The notes under the pieces are model-generated. The model was not told the origin of the DNA. It was given only the letters and a program-made list of their open reading frames with translations, and did no database searches. This document shows positions 26,474 to 36,726 of a stretch of 64,000 nt of DNA, one piece after another (within the stretch, counting starts at the first letter, position 1; every line of letters begins with the position of its first letter). Location of the stretch: contig CAXXUO010000002.1 in assembly GCA_963666485.2 (NCBI GenBank), forward strand, positions 288,001 to 352,000, given 5' to 3'. The position numbers and the translations under genes are program-made. Source of the stretch: Syntrophorhabdaceae bacterium (GTDB lineage: Bacteria; Desulfobacterota; Syntrophorhabdia; Syntrophorhabdales; Syntrophorhabdaceae).

Positions 26474-27901
26474 TGAATTGGTAGAAGCCCTTCTATTTAT
26501 TTTCCCGAGCAGCGAAAAAATACATGCGACAAAACAGCACAATGCGCCCGCCAGGTATGCGTAACGGAAGCCCGGCAATGCGGATTGTGCGGTCAGTTTT
26601 CCGACGAGATCGCTCCCGCCGGACACACCCGAGGAAAAGATCGCCTCTAAAACGGTGACCCCGAGCACCATCCCGAGATTGTTGACCGTGTTGAACAGTC
26701 CCGAGGACACCCCGCGTTTATCCGGGGGCGCGTATGTCATGATCTGGTTATTGTTTGGTGAAAAAAACAGGACAAAGGAAAGCGCAAGCCAGACGAGATA
26801 TACGAATACCGTGGCATAGCCTCCCCGGGAAAGCGATAACGCAAATGTCAGGACGCAGGCCGTGGCGGACAGTGTGGCAATGCTGCATAACAGTGCGGGG
26901 TTTACCCGGTCTGAAAGCCGGCCGGCCGCAGGAGACAGAGCAACATAAATGACCGAATAGGCTATGAGGACCATTCCCGTCTGCTGCGCGTTGAGCCCCA
27001 TTACCACGTCGAGATAAAATGGCAGAAGGATGCCGTTCCCGGATATGAGCATATAGGCGAAGAATGTCGCTATAAGGGCGAATGTAAAATGAGGACGGGA
27101 AAAAAGGCGTATGTCGAGAAGCGGGTCATCGTGCCGCAGTTCCCACCAGGCAAAGAACCCGAGCGATATGAGGGCCAACCCCAAACAACCGACAGTCTCC
27201 GGCGACAACCCCCGGGTATTGAGATGATTGATACCCCATATGAAGAAGGCAAGTCCCGCGAAACTTACTGCGGCACCCGTAAAATCAAACGGCTGGCCCT
27301 CCCCTCGAACCGTCTTGCCGCCACGGTCATCAGGCCCCGGAATGAATCTGCTGCCCGCTGCAATTGCTGCTATACCGACAGGGACGTTGATAAAGAATGC
27401 CCAGTTCCATGAAAGGTATCCCGTCACGATCCCGCCGACGGGAGCGCCTGTCGCCACGCCGAGGGCCGATGCGGTCGAGGTGATGCCGAACGCCCATCCC
27501 GTCCTTTCGGGCGGCAAAAGCTGGGAGATTATCGCAAAGCTGACGGCAAGAAGCATCGAGGCGCCGATCCCCTGGATAACGCGGCACAGGATAAGCATCG
27601 TGAGATCATGAGACAGCCCGCACAAGAGCGAGCCCACCGTGAAAACCGCGTACCCTGCGATGAACACGCGTTTCAATCCTATCCTGTCGCCGAGCTTTCC
27701 AAAAAGCAGCAGCGTTGTCGTGATAACGAGAAGATAGGATGAGAGTACCTGGGAAGCATCTGACGATGACATACCGAGCGAACGGGAGATCGTCGGCAGG
27801 GAAACGTTGACCATGTAATTATTGAGGCGCACAAGGAATGAGCTGAACGCCACGCTCATCACGATCAGAAAATAGGCATACGTACGGTTTTGGGCGGCCA
27901 A
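26456..27901 (-). CDS. MFS exporter, DHA2 (EmrB/QacA) family
   Basis: VNVSLPTI, motif A GKLGDRIGLKR, RVIQGIGA, WAFFINVPVG, FDFTGA, PLLDIRLF; TTG start. Confidence 0.92.
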   Translation of the reverse strand: MAAQNRTYAYFLIVMSVAFSSFLVRLNNYMVNVSLPTISRSLGMSSSDASQVLSSYLLVITTTLLLFGKLGDRIGLKRVFIAGYAVFTVGSLLCGLSHDLTMLILCRVIQGIGASMLLAVSFAIISQLLPPERTGWAFGITSTASALGVATGAPVGGIVTGYLSWNWAFFINVPVGIAAIAAGSRFIPGPDDRGGKTVRGEGQPFDFTGAAVSFAGLAFFIWGINHLNTRGLSPETVGCLGLALISLGFFAWWELRHDDPLLDIRLFSRPHFTFALIATFFAYMLISGNGILLPFYLDVVMGLNAQQTGMVLIAYSVIYVALSPAAGRLSDRVNPALLCSIATLSATACVLTFALSLSRGGYATVFVYLVWLALSFVLFFSPNNNQIMTYAPPDKRGVSSGLFNTVNNLGMVLGVTVLEAIFSSGVSGGSDLVGKLTAQSALPGFRYAYLAGALCCFVACIFSLLGKINRRASTNSRHPGA

Positions 27902-27911
27902 TGTGAATTAT

Positions 27912-29054
27912 TTATAATCTTTGGCTGTCCATCGCAAGCTTTTTCTCGTCGCCCTTTAGTTCCCGGGGACAATGTGCGGCGCGGTGCGGGTCATGATCGA
28001 GGACATAGGACTTGATGGCGGCAAGTGTCTCCGATGCCACGTTAATATCATCATAGTCGACATGGGCGTTATGGACATATTGAAGGACGAGAGCGTCCCC
28101 GACCGGGGAATGCGGCATGATACCCGAAATAAAGAACCCCAGGCGTTCGAATTCCCGGCAGGCCGTTGCAGTATGGGGTGATGCCAGGGGAAGCTCCATC
28201 GAAATGTATCGGATATCCCTCGCCCGCATATCACGCCACAGTTCCTCGACGCAGCGGTAAATACCCACACCATACCGATCGATCGTGACCTGCGCCACAT
28301 CCCTGGCGACCATGCGCGCCTTCAGTAAGGCACGCCCTGTTAAAGGGGGGCGATCCGCCGGCGCAAGGCTTACCGGGGAGCGCTTCAATCCTGCCTGTCT
28401 GTACAGCATCTCGATAAATTTACGATGGTGTACAGGGGGATATATCGTTATGTCCCGTTGATCCTTGAGCGGCAGGTAGCCTATTGCCAGGGATTGTCTT
28501 CTCCCGGGGGCCGGATGTTTTCCGTCGTATATCCTGCGGTCCGGCATTATGCCCACCTGGAGACCGATGCGCTTGAAACCGAACTTCTGGCCCGTCTTTT
28601 GTGCAAATACATGGTGCGTCACACCCTGGCTCAGGATCCCCTCAAGACCTCGCGCCCGCGCCTCCTGTATGACCGCGCCCAGCATCCTGGATTCACACCC
28701 CATATTGCGAAAATCTCGATGGACCACAGACAATGCGGCCCGCCCAAAATCAGCCTCTTTATTGTCCTTTATCAGTGCACAGTGGCCGACCACCCGGCCG
28801 TCAGGGGCAATGGCAACGATCGACGTCAACTCCCCTCTCGATATTCTTCCCGCCAGGATATCCGCACTGTAAACCCCGGGGTTTGCGTCTCCAAAGACGC
28901 TTTCAAAAGTGCGGCCATAGACGCTTTCAAATAGTGCCGGTATTTGCTGCACATCCCCGGGTCCCGCTTTTCGTATTTCGATCAAGGACGTGCATTCGTG
29001 CCGGGCCGATGAATCATGCACGACCCTGCTTGCGGACGAAACGGACGATATCAT
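27912..29054 (-). CDS. GNAT-domain protein, paralogue of the C-terminal part of 24726-26231
   Basis: GRVVGHCAL, VVHRDFRNMG, GVTHHVFAQK, GFFISGIMPHSPVGDALVLQY align with the fusion protein. Confidence 0.85.
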   Translation of the reverse strand: MISSVSSASRVVHDSSARHECTSLIEIRKAGPGDVQQIPALFESVYGRTFESVFGDANPGVYSADILAGRISRGELTSIVAIAPDGRVVGHCALIKDNKEADFGRAALSVVHRDFRNMGCESRMLGAVIQEARARGLEGILSQGVTHHVFAQKTGQKFGFKRIGLQVGIMPDRRIYDGKHPAPGRRQSLAIGYLPLKDQRDITIYPPVHHRKFIEMLYRQAGLKRSPVSLAPADRPPLTGRALLKARMVARDVAQVTIDRYGVGIYRCVEELWRDMRARDIRYISMELPLASPHTATACREFERLGFFISGIMPHSPVGDALVLQYVHNAHVDYDDINVASETLAAIKSYVLDHDPHRAAHCPRELKGDEKKLAMDSQRL

Positions 29055-29098
29055 GACCCTTTTCCTTCCCCTTTCACGTCAGTTAACATGGTGCCCCT

Positions 29099-29572
29099 TC
29101 AATCCCTCGCAATGTCCGCCATACCGGCGAGGTCCTCCGGGATCGGCAAATACTTGATCAGATGGAGCTCTTTCCCGTCGGGATGGTTCCTCACCATCAC
29201 CTGGTCAAAACTGCTTCGCATGATCTGGAAACCCAGGCCCGACTCGGGGTAACTGTCAATATTCCTCGCAGACATATCGTCCGGGTACAGTGCAGTTTCG
29301 TGTTCGAACGGTTTGCCGTCATCCCGGACAACGATCGAGAACAGGGAGTCCGTAATACGGAATATGATCTCATACATAGCTTTTTCCGTCGTGCCGTATG
29401 AATGCGTGATAACGTTAAGAATGGCCTCTTCGAGCCCGAGGCACACCTTGGCCCTGTCGACGGCGCCGAGGCGCGCTTTTTTGCCCAACTCGTCCGTAAA
29501 TGCCTTCGAAGCCATAAGCGAATAGAGATTGTTCGGAAGTACCAGTTTCGAACTGTAACCCAGACCCTTCAT
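29099..29572 (-). CDS. RsbW-like anti-sigma factor kinase (HATPase_c), paralogue of the N-terminal part of 24726-26231
   Basis: LEEAILNVITHSY, VRDDGKPF, SGLGFQIMR, GKELHLIK; AAAGGAGG RBS. Confidence 0.88.
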   Translation of the reverse strand: MKGLGYSSKLVLPNNLYSLMASKAFTDELGKKARLGAVDRAKVCLGLEEAILNVITHSYGTTEKAMYEIIFRITDSLFSIVVRDDGKPFEHETALYPDDMSARNIDSYPESGLGFQIMRSSFDQVMVRNHPDGKELHLIKYLPIPEDLAGMADIARD

Positions 29573-29805
29573 GCACGACCTCCTTTTTTCGGAACTATCG
29601 ATCTATGCGAACAGACAGATGTGCCCGGTGGACAGCCGACAGAAAGGCGAGGGAGAGAAATTCCATCGTCTGCGGGATTTGGTTTCAGGCATGATGGGGG
29701 GTAATTAGCGGCGCAGGTCTGCGCCAGCGGTATACTTCTTTGCTGCAAAGGCTTCCTTACCCGTCGATCCAGAAATGCTCTCCGCTCGCCCAGTAATGAC
29801 TTCAT
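29569..29805 (-). CDS. possible small protein (78 aa)
   Basis: Its stop overlaps the kinase ATG (ATGA); N-terminal ERRAFLDRR; otherwise unrecognised. Confidence 0.25.
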   Translation of the reverse strand: MKSLLGERRAFLDRRVRKPLQQRSIPLAQTCAANYPPSCLKPNPADDGISLPRLSVGCPPGTSVCSHRSIVPKKGGRA

Positions 29806-29936
29806 AACCCTTAGGGTATCAGTCGGACCGCATTTCGTCTGTCGTCCGGTGTGAACGAATGGTGTCGTCTAATGATTATTTCCCGGTACGGGAAAAAGAG
29901 TGTACATTGTGTTATGGGCCCGCGTGACCGTGCGGA

Positions 29937-30590
29937 TCAATCGGGCATTATCAGGCCATGCTTGATCGAAAATTTTATGAGTTCGGAATAATCTTTCAGC
30001 ATGAGCTTCGTCATGATGCGATGGCGGTATGTCGCAACGGTACTCGGCGCGAGAAACAAGATATCGGCCACATCCCTGTTTGATTTCCCTTCCGAAATGA
30101 GCTGCGTTATCTCTCTTTCCCGGCGCGTCAGTTTTTCGAAATAGTCGCCTTTTTCTTCCCTGTCACGGTACCTGATATAATCGTCTATGACCGTACCGCT
30201 GACGGAATCGCAGATATAACGTTTCCCGGAATATACCGCATTTATGGCCCGGATGAGCTCCTCACCCGCAAGCTCTTTCAAGAGATATGCCGATGCGCCC
30301 GCCTTGAATGCGCGGAATATGTGTTCCTGCGAGGCATTCATCGTCAATATGATGATCTTTGTCTCTTTGTGTTCCTCGCGAATCGCATCCGTAGCATCGA
30401 TGCCGTTCATCTCAGGCATGAAAATATCGAGGATGACGATGTCGGGTTTTTTCTTGAGGACCTCCCTCACCGCCTCCCGCCCGTTGGAACTCTCGCCTAC
30501 CACCGTGATGTTTCTTTCATTTTCCAGGAGCAGCCTGATCCCCTGTCTGAACATTATGTGGTCATCAGCCAGAAAAACATTAATACTCAT
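29937..30590 (-). CDS. NarL/FixJ-family response regulator (REC + LuxR HTH)
   Basis: LADDH.MFRQG, ILDIFMPEMNGI, AYLLK, LTRREREI, STVATYRHRIM.KL; start set to MSINVF. Confidence 0.95.
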   Translation of the reverse strand: MSINVFLADDHIMFRQGIRLLLENERNITVVGESSNGREAVREVLKKKPDIVILDIFMPEMNGIDATDAIREEHKETKIIILTMNASQEHIFRAFKAGASAYLLKELAGEELIRAINAVYSGKRYICDSVSGTVIDDYIRYRDREEKGDYFEKLTRREREITQLISEGKSNRDVADILFLAPSTVATYRHRIMTKLMLKDYSELIKFSIKHGLIMPD

Positions 30591-31716
30591 AAAGGCACCT
30601 CGACGAAGATGTGTGTTCCCTTTCCCAGGTCCGATGTGATCGTGCATGAGCCGCCGATCACTATCGACCGCTCTCTCATGGACAAAAGTCCCATGCCTTT
30701 TTGTCCGTTTCCCTTGCGTGATCGGGTCTTCTTGTATCCTATGCCGTTATCCCGGATGGCCAGAAGAAGCGAATTATCTTTCAGGTGGACATCGATCTCG
30801 ACCGCTGTTGCCCGGGCATGTTTGGACACGTTTGTCAGGGCTTCCCTGGCTATGAGAAAAAGCGTGCTTTCAATATGGGCCTCCGGCCTTGGATGCAGAT
30901 CTTTTCCCCTGACGTCCACCTCTATGCCTGTTTTTTCCGAAAATTGACGGGAATACCAGCGCAGGGCGGCGACCAGTCCATAGTCGTCGAGCACGGGAAG
31001 CCTCAATTCCGTAAGGATATTTCTTATCTTGGCCGTCGTGTCCTTGAGAAGCATTGCGGAGTCGCTGATTATTTTTTTCGTCGATACGAGAGATTCCTTC
31101 GACATAACAGATTGCAAGAGATTGAGATTGAGGCCGATCGTGCTCAAGTTTTGCCCGATCTGGTCATGGATCTCACGGGAGATACGTTTTTTTTTGCGCC
31201 TCTTCGGCCATTGCCAGACGACGGATAAGAGATTTCAACTCTTCGTAGACCTGGTTCAATTCCAGGGTCCTGGCCTTGACCCGCATCTCCAATTCGTCGC
31301 GTGCGGCTTATCAGCTCGTTTTCCAATTTCTTCTCGATCGTTATGTCAATGCCTACCGAAAGCACCTGGTGGATCTTGCCCTCACCGTCCACCAGTCCTC
31401 TGTTTGTCCAGGCAATAACAACGCGTTCCCCCGACTTCAGGATATTTTCATTGATGTTCTTGATATACCGGTCGGGGTCCTTGCAAACGTCTTGCATGAC
31501 ACGAGATAATTTTTGTCCCGAACTATCGGTCACGGGGACGATCGTACCGAGAATGTTCAATCCAATGAGTTCGTCAAGCTTAAAACCGAAAAATTCTGAC
31601 CCGTACCTGTTGATATACTGTATTGTCCCGGCAGGCGACCACAGGAGTATGATACTGTTTGCCATCTCGGCCAAATCTTCATAAAGCTGCGGCATTTTAT
31701 TCATAATCCGGCTCAC
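30587..31716 (-). pseudogene. PAS-domain HisKA_3 sensor histidine kinase, two frameshifts
   Basis: The PAS part, the coiled coil (ARDELEMRVKARTLEL...AEEAQKK) and the kinase (RISREIHDQIGQNL...REALTNVSKHA...IRDNGIG...GMGLLSMRER) lie in three frames; extra bases near 31305 and in the A9 run at 31187-31195. Confidence 0.85.
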
Positions 31717-31888
31717 CCCACTGTAAGTAATGCACTATGGATTAATTATGTCAAAATAATTTTGATCATATCAAGGCCTGTTTCCTCTTTTCAACGATCA
31801 TTGATGCCGTTTGTCAACATCGGACGACAGACGCGCCCTATCCTGCCGATTAAACTTGAGGTCAAAAAAAGAGTATAAGGATGACGCT

Positions 31889-33640
31889 ATGGGCCTAGGC
31901 AGCGACCTGTTCAGAAAAAAATCGGTTTCATCCGTTTTGTCATCAGATTACGAGGGTACAGCCGGAAACGGCGAGGCGAGTCTTGTCAGGGCGCTTGGCG
32001 TACGGGACCTGACCGCCCTCGGGATCGCAGCGATCATTGGCGCCGGGATCTTTTCGGCCATAGGAAATGCGGCGTACTGGGGTGGTCCGGCAATAATCTT
32101 TCTCTTCATTTTTACAGCCTTTGCCTGCGGGTGTACCGCCATGTGCTACGCTCAGTTCGCTTCCATTATCCCGATATCGGGGTCCGCGTATACCTATGCC
32201 TATGTTGTCTTCGGTGAACTGGCCGCGTGGATCATGGGGTGGGACCTGCTTATGGAATATGCGATCGGCAATATAGCCGTGGCGATCTCCTGGAGCAACT
32301 ATTTTGTCGAACTTCTGGCCGGCTACAATATTGCCATCCCGGATTTCCTTGTCATCGACTACAGGTCAGCATTAAGCGGCGCCGAGGTCATTCAGGGGCA
32401 TCTCGCCTCCGGCCATACCATGGACACCATCGCGGGATTGCCGGGGGCAACGCTCCTTATGCGGGCTTTTTCAGCGTGGCAGGGTGCGCCCGTCGTGTTC
32501 GGGTACAGGATAATTTTCAATCTGCCGGCACTTATAATCATACTCATGGTCACCGTGCTCATTTATATCGGCATACAGGAATCGAAGCGCGTGTCCAACG
32601 CGATGGTCCTCGTAAAGGTCCTCACGATAATCCTCGTCATCGTAGCGGGTTCTTTTTATATACGGCCTGCGAACTGGATGCCCTTTGCGCCAAACGGCCT
32701 CGATGGCGTCATGAAAGGGGTTTCGGGGATCTTCTTCGCATATATAGGCTTCGATGCCCTGTCGACGACTGCGGAGGAGTGCAGGGACCCGCAACGGGAC
32801 CTCCCCCGGGCAATGTTCGGCGCATTAGGGGTATGCACGGTGCTCTACGTACTGCTTGTCCTCGTTCTTACCGGGATGGTCCATTACAGCAAACTCCAGG
32901 TCGGCGACCCTCTCGCGTTTGCCTTTGGCAAACTCGGCGCCAACGTGCAATGGCTTATGGGGATCATAGCCGCAAGCGCGGTCGTCGCGATGGCATCGGT
33001 TCTTCTCGTGTTCATGCTGGGGCAGCCCCGCATATGGATGGCCATGAGCCGTGACGGGCTTCTCCCCCCGGCATTCTCAGCGATACACCGGAAGTTCAGG
33101 ACGCCCTGGCTGGCTACCATCATGACGGGCCTGTGCGTGGGGGTCCCGTCTTTGTTCATGAACCTCAACGAGGTCACAGACCTGTGCAGTATCGGCACCC
33201 TTTTTGCCTTCAGTGTCGTGTGTGCGGGCACCCTTATATTCGACATTACCGGTCACAAAGGGACAGGCAAGTTCCATGTGCCCTATATTAACTCACGGTA
33301 TGTATTCACCCCCGCCCTGGTCATCGTCGTCGCGGTCTATTTCTCCTTATGCCCGCAAAAACTGATCCTTTTTCATGGCATCCAGCGCATCGGGATCGCG
33401 AGCCCGGTTATCATCTTTGCGTTTTTCAGCCTTGTCCTCTGCTATTTTTCCGTGACGCGCCAGCTCTCCCTTATACCTCTCATAGGGCTCGAAAGCTGTA
33501 TGTACCTTATGACCGAGCTTACCATGAGTTCCTGGCTCAGATTTACGATCTGGATGGGCTTTGGACTGGCGATCTATTTCTTTTACAGCCGGAACAGGAG
33601 CAAGCTCCGCACTGTCATGAAGGGTCCGCTTCCCGAATAG
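31889..33640 (+). CDS. APC-family amino acid permease (CAT/YfnA-like)
   Basis: LFRKK, GIAAIIGAGIF, SGSAYTY, FFAYIGFDA.ST.AEE..DPQRDLP, QPRI..AMSRDGLLP; start set to MGLGS. Confidence 0.93.
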   Translation: MGLGSDLFRKKSVSSVLSSDYEGTAGNGEASLVRALGVRDLTALGIAAIIGAGIFSAIGNAAYWGGPAIIFLFIFTAFACGCTAMCYAQFASIIPISGSAYTYAYVVFGELAAWIMGWDLLMEYAIGNIAVAISWSNYFVELLAGYNIAIPDFLVIDYRSALSGAEVIQGHLASGHTMDTIAGLPGATLLMRAFSAWQGAPVVFGYRIIFNLPALIIILMVTVLIYIGIQESKRVSNAMVLVKVLTIILVIVAGSFYIRPANWMPFAPNGLDGVMKGVSGIFFAYIGFDALSTTAEECRDPQRDLPRAMFGALGVCTVLYVLLVLVLTGMVHYSKLQVGDPLAFAFGKLGANVQWLMGIIAASAVVAMASVLLVFMLGQPRIWMAMSRDGLLPPAFSAIHRKFRTPWLATIMTGLCVGVPSLFMNLNEVTDLCSIGTLFAFSVVCAGTLIFDITGHKGTGKFHVPYINSRYVFTPALVIVVAVYFSLCPQKLILFHGIQRIGIASPVIIFAFFSLVLCYFSVTRQLSLIPLIGLESCMYLMTELTMSSWLRFTIWMGFGLAIYFFYSRNRSKLRTVMKGPLPE

Positions 33641-33708
33641 GACAAATCTATGCCGGCCGGCGCATCAACCTTGTGATAGAAACCGCGATATGGTAAAAAT
33701 CCGTTATC

Positions 33709-34875
33709 ATGCCCATTCAAACGGCGAAAACCATTGACTCAGGCGAATTGCCGGCTGCGAAAAAAGTCCAGCGGATGTCGTACCTCGACAATCTCCGGCT
33801 CCTTTTTACCCTGCTCGTCATCGTCCACCATATATGCCTCACCTACACGGGGGAAAGAGGCTGGTATTGTTACGAGATTATCAATGACCCGTTTACGAAC
33901 CTCGTCATGGTCCTTCTCATGACCACAGGCAGGAATTGGGTCCTGCAATTTTTCTTTCTCCTGTCGGGATATTTCACGCCGGGGTCCCTCGACAGGAAAG
34001 GCCTCCAGGTATACATCAAGGAACGCCTTATCCATATCGGAATACCTCTTGCCATTTTCTGGTTTTTGATCCGGCCGATACTCTATTACATTACGAATAA
34101 GAACAAATTGCCGTATTCATTTCTCGAAGGCCTTTTTACCCTGAAGCTTGCTTCACCGGGACAAGCATGGTTCCTGGAGGTACTTCTCATTTTTTCGGTC
34201 ATCTATGGCCTGCTGTGGTATGTACGCAAACCCCGGACGGGCCCGGAAAGGAAGGAAATGCCGTTCCCTTCGACCGGCGCCATTTTCCTGTTTATATGTG
34301 GCCTTTCGATCATAACGTTCATCATCCGTATGTTTCTGCCGGGAGATATGCAGGTATTGTACTTGCGCCTGGGCAATTACGCGGATTACATTGCATTCTT
34401 CGCGCTGGGAATAGTGGGGTACCGCAACAAATGGCTCGATAAGCTATCCGACCGGACAGGGCTTCAATGGACCCTCATAACGGCAGCCGCGTTTATCGTG
34501 TACTGTGCGTTCGTCACAAACTCATGGGCATCACACGAAAGCCTGGCCTATTTGCGCGGGGGATCATCCGTCAAGACATTTATTACGACCTGGCTTGGGA
34601 CGCACATCGCGATCGGCATCTCTATCAGTTTTACGTATCTTTTCAGGAAATTCGTGAATTTTAAGTCAGCGCTCCTCAAGGCAATGGCAGCCGAGGCGTA
34701 TCCCGTGTTTATCTTTCATGCACCCGTCGTCATCGCCGTAACATATGCCGTTCATGACCTCGCGTCGTGGCCGTTTTTGAAATTCAGTTCAAATTTCGTG
34801 CTATCGACTGCCATATGCTTTCTCGTCTGCCGATACGTCGTACGTAAGATACCGTATGTAAATAAGGTAGTCTGA
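33709..34875 (+). CDS. acyltransferase family 3 (OpgC/OafA-like) membrane protein
   Basis: YLDNLR...LVIVHH, FFLLSGYF, ERL..IGIP, WFL..LL, Y.VFIFH.PV. Confidence 0.88.
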   Translation: MPIQTAKTIDSGELPAAKKVQRMSYLDNLRLLFTLLVIVHHICLTYTGERGWYCYEIINDPFTNLVMVLLMTTGRNWVLQFFFLLSGYFTPGSLDRKGLQVYIKERLIHIGIPLAIFWFLIRPILYYITNKNKLPYSFLEGLFTLKLASPGQAWFLEVLLIFSVIYGLLWYVRKPRTGPERKEMPFPSTGAIFLFICGLSIITFIIRMFLPGDMQVLYLRLGNYADYIAFFALGIVGYRNKWLDKLSDRTGLQWTLITAAAFIVYCAFVTNSWASHESLAYLRGGSSVKTFITTWLGTHIAIGISISFTYLFRKFVNFKSALLKAMAAEAYPVFIFHAPVVIAVTYAVHDLASWPFLKFSSNFVLSTAICFLVCRYVVRKIPYVNKVV

Positions 34876-36726
34876 TCAATCATTGCCATCTTCTGCCTCG
34901 ACGTATGCGTACCCTTTCCCCCAACCATATCCCGGTTCTTTTTCTATGGACAGGAGATCATGTATTCTCCTGGCGGCACAGATAATGATAATGAAGATGA
35001 GGAACATGATGAGGGCCGACAGGGCTGCAAGCAGGTAGAGCCGGTTCGGCAGGTAATTTACCGTAATATTTATATAGCCTGCCCAGAGTGTGATCACTCC
35101 CATTGCCATCCCCGGCAGGAGCGTTATCCAGACATATTTCTTTTTACCCAGGCGTATCAGCATCGTGCTCGTGATGATAAGGGCGCAGGACGCGAGCAGC
35201 TGGTTGCTTATCCCGAAAAGCGGCCATATCGTCGTTATGGACCCGGTGTACAGCAGATAGCCCCACATGAAGGTGAAAGCAACGCCGCACGTTATCATCC
35301 CGGGGATCCAGTTGTGGTCGTTGAATTTCGGGATGAACCTGCCGGTCATCTCCTGCAGGAGGAACCTGCCGGCCCGCGTTCCCGCGTCGATGAGCGTCAG
35401 GATGAACACGGCTTCGAACATGATGGCAAAGTGGTACCAGTAGGACATCATCCTGTCCATTGCTGGTATCTTTGAAAATATGTACGAGATCCCCACGGCG
35501 AGGGATACGGCGCCGCCCGGCCGTGCCGCGAGATTTTCATGGATCATTTCCGAGAACCAGGGAAGGTCGACCGGGGTCATGCCGAGCCCTCTATACATTT
35601 CCGCGGATGAGTTTATTGCGAAATAATCAGCCGGAACGAGAACGCATGCGGCTATAAGGGCCATCATGGCAACGATCCCTTCGAAAAGCATTGCGCCGTA
35701 CCCGACGAAGAGAATGTCTCTCTCGCTGGCTATCATCTTGGGCGTCGTGCCTGACGATATGGTCGCGTGGAACCCCGAAATGGCCCCGCATGCGATTGTT
35801 ATAAAGATAAAGGGAAAGACACTGCCCGGTATGACAGGGCCTCCGCCGTATACAAATTCAGTAAACGCCGGCATCTGGAACGACGGCCTCAAAAATACAA
35901 TGCCGACCGCGAGCGCACAGATCGTCACGGTCTTGAGGAACGTCGACAGGTAATCCCGCGGTGCGAGGAGAAGCCAGACGGGGAGCACCGATGCCAGGAA
36001 GGCATACGCGGGAAGAAACAAAGAGATCTGCTTTTTCGACAGCGTAAAGAATTTTCCCAGGACCGGGTTTTCAACGAGCGAATTCCCGAAGAACACGGCC
36101 AGGAACAAAAGGGCTATCCCTATAATGCTTGCCACGACAATCCCCGTATTTCCCGGCCTTCGCATAATGATCCCCATAATGACGGCGGCCGGTATGGTTG
36201 TCGCGACGACGAGGGTGCCCCAGGGACTGTCCGATACTGCGTTCGTCATTGCGATCGACGCGCCCGCGATCGTCAGCACGAGGATGAGCAGGAATGCAAG
36301 AGAAGACACCGCACCCGCTGTTTTCCCGATCTCATTCTTCGCAATATTGGCAAGGCTCTCGCCATTGTGCCGGACGGAAGCAAAAAGAATGACGATGTCG
36401 TGAACGGCCCCGCCGAGGACGGCCCCGATAAGGATCCACAGTGCACCCGGCAGATAACCGAACTGTGCCGCAAGAACGGGCCCCGCGAGCGGCCCTGCTC
36501 CTGCTATTGCGGCAAAGTGATGTCCAAAAAGAACGAACCGGTTTGTCTTGTGATAGTCGATGCCGTCGGCCATAGCGATGGCCGGTGTAGGCCGGGACCC
36601 ATCAAGCTCGAGGACCTTCCTGGCTATAAACAAACCGTAGAATCGATAGGCGATCGCGAAGATGCACAGCGCAGCTAACACAAAAGCAGCAGGGGTAGCG
36701 AGAATTGAATGGTTGAACGGGTTCAT
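34876..36726 (-). CDS. cstA: carbon starvation protein CstA (peptide/pyruvate transporter)
   Basis: LFGHHFAAIAGAGP, SVLPVWLLLAPRDYLSTF, ITIACGAISGFHA, RPGGAVSLAVG, IWPLFGISNQLLA. Confidence 0.95.
   Translation of the reverse strand: MNPFNHSILATPAAFVLAALCIFAIAYRFYGLFIARKVLELDGSRPTPAIAMADGIDYHKTNRFVLFGHHFAAIAGAGPLAGPVLAAQFGYLPGALWILIGAVLGGAVHDIVILFASVRHNGESLANIAKNEIGKTAGAVSSLAFLLILVLTIAGASIAMTNAVSDSPWGTLVVATTIPAAVIMGIIMRRPGNTGIVVASIIGIALLFLAVFFGNSLVENPVLGKFFTLSKKQISLFLPAYAFLASVLPVWLLLAPRDYLSTFLKTVTICALAVGIVFLRPSFQMPAFTEFVYGGGPVIPGSVFPFIFITIACGAISGFHATISSGTTPKMIASERDILFVGYGAMLFEGIVAMMALIAACVLVPADYFAINSSAEMYRGLGMTPVDLPWFSEMIHENLAARPGGAVSLAVGISYIFSKIPAMDRMMSYWYHFAIMFEAVFILTLIDAGTRAGRFLLQEMTGRFIPKFNDHNWIPGMITCGVAFTFMWGYLLYTGSITTIWPLFGISNQLLASCALIITSTMLIRLGKKKYVWITLLPGMAMGVITLWAGYINITVNYLPNRLYLLAALSALIMFLIFIIIICAARRIHDLLSIEKEPGYGWGKGYAYVEAEDGND

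Noticed and set aside
31762..31774. FNR box (TTGAT-CAT-ATCAA)
   Set aside because: The spacer is 3 nt rather than the canonical 4; it may bind another factor, but I cannot support an FNR call.
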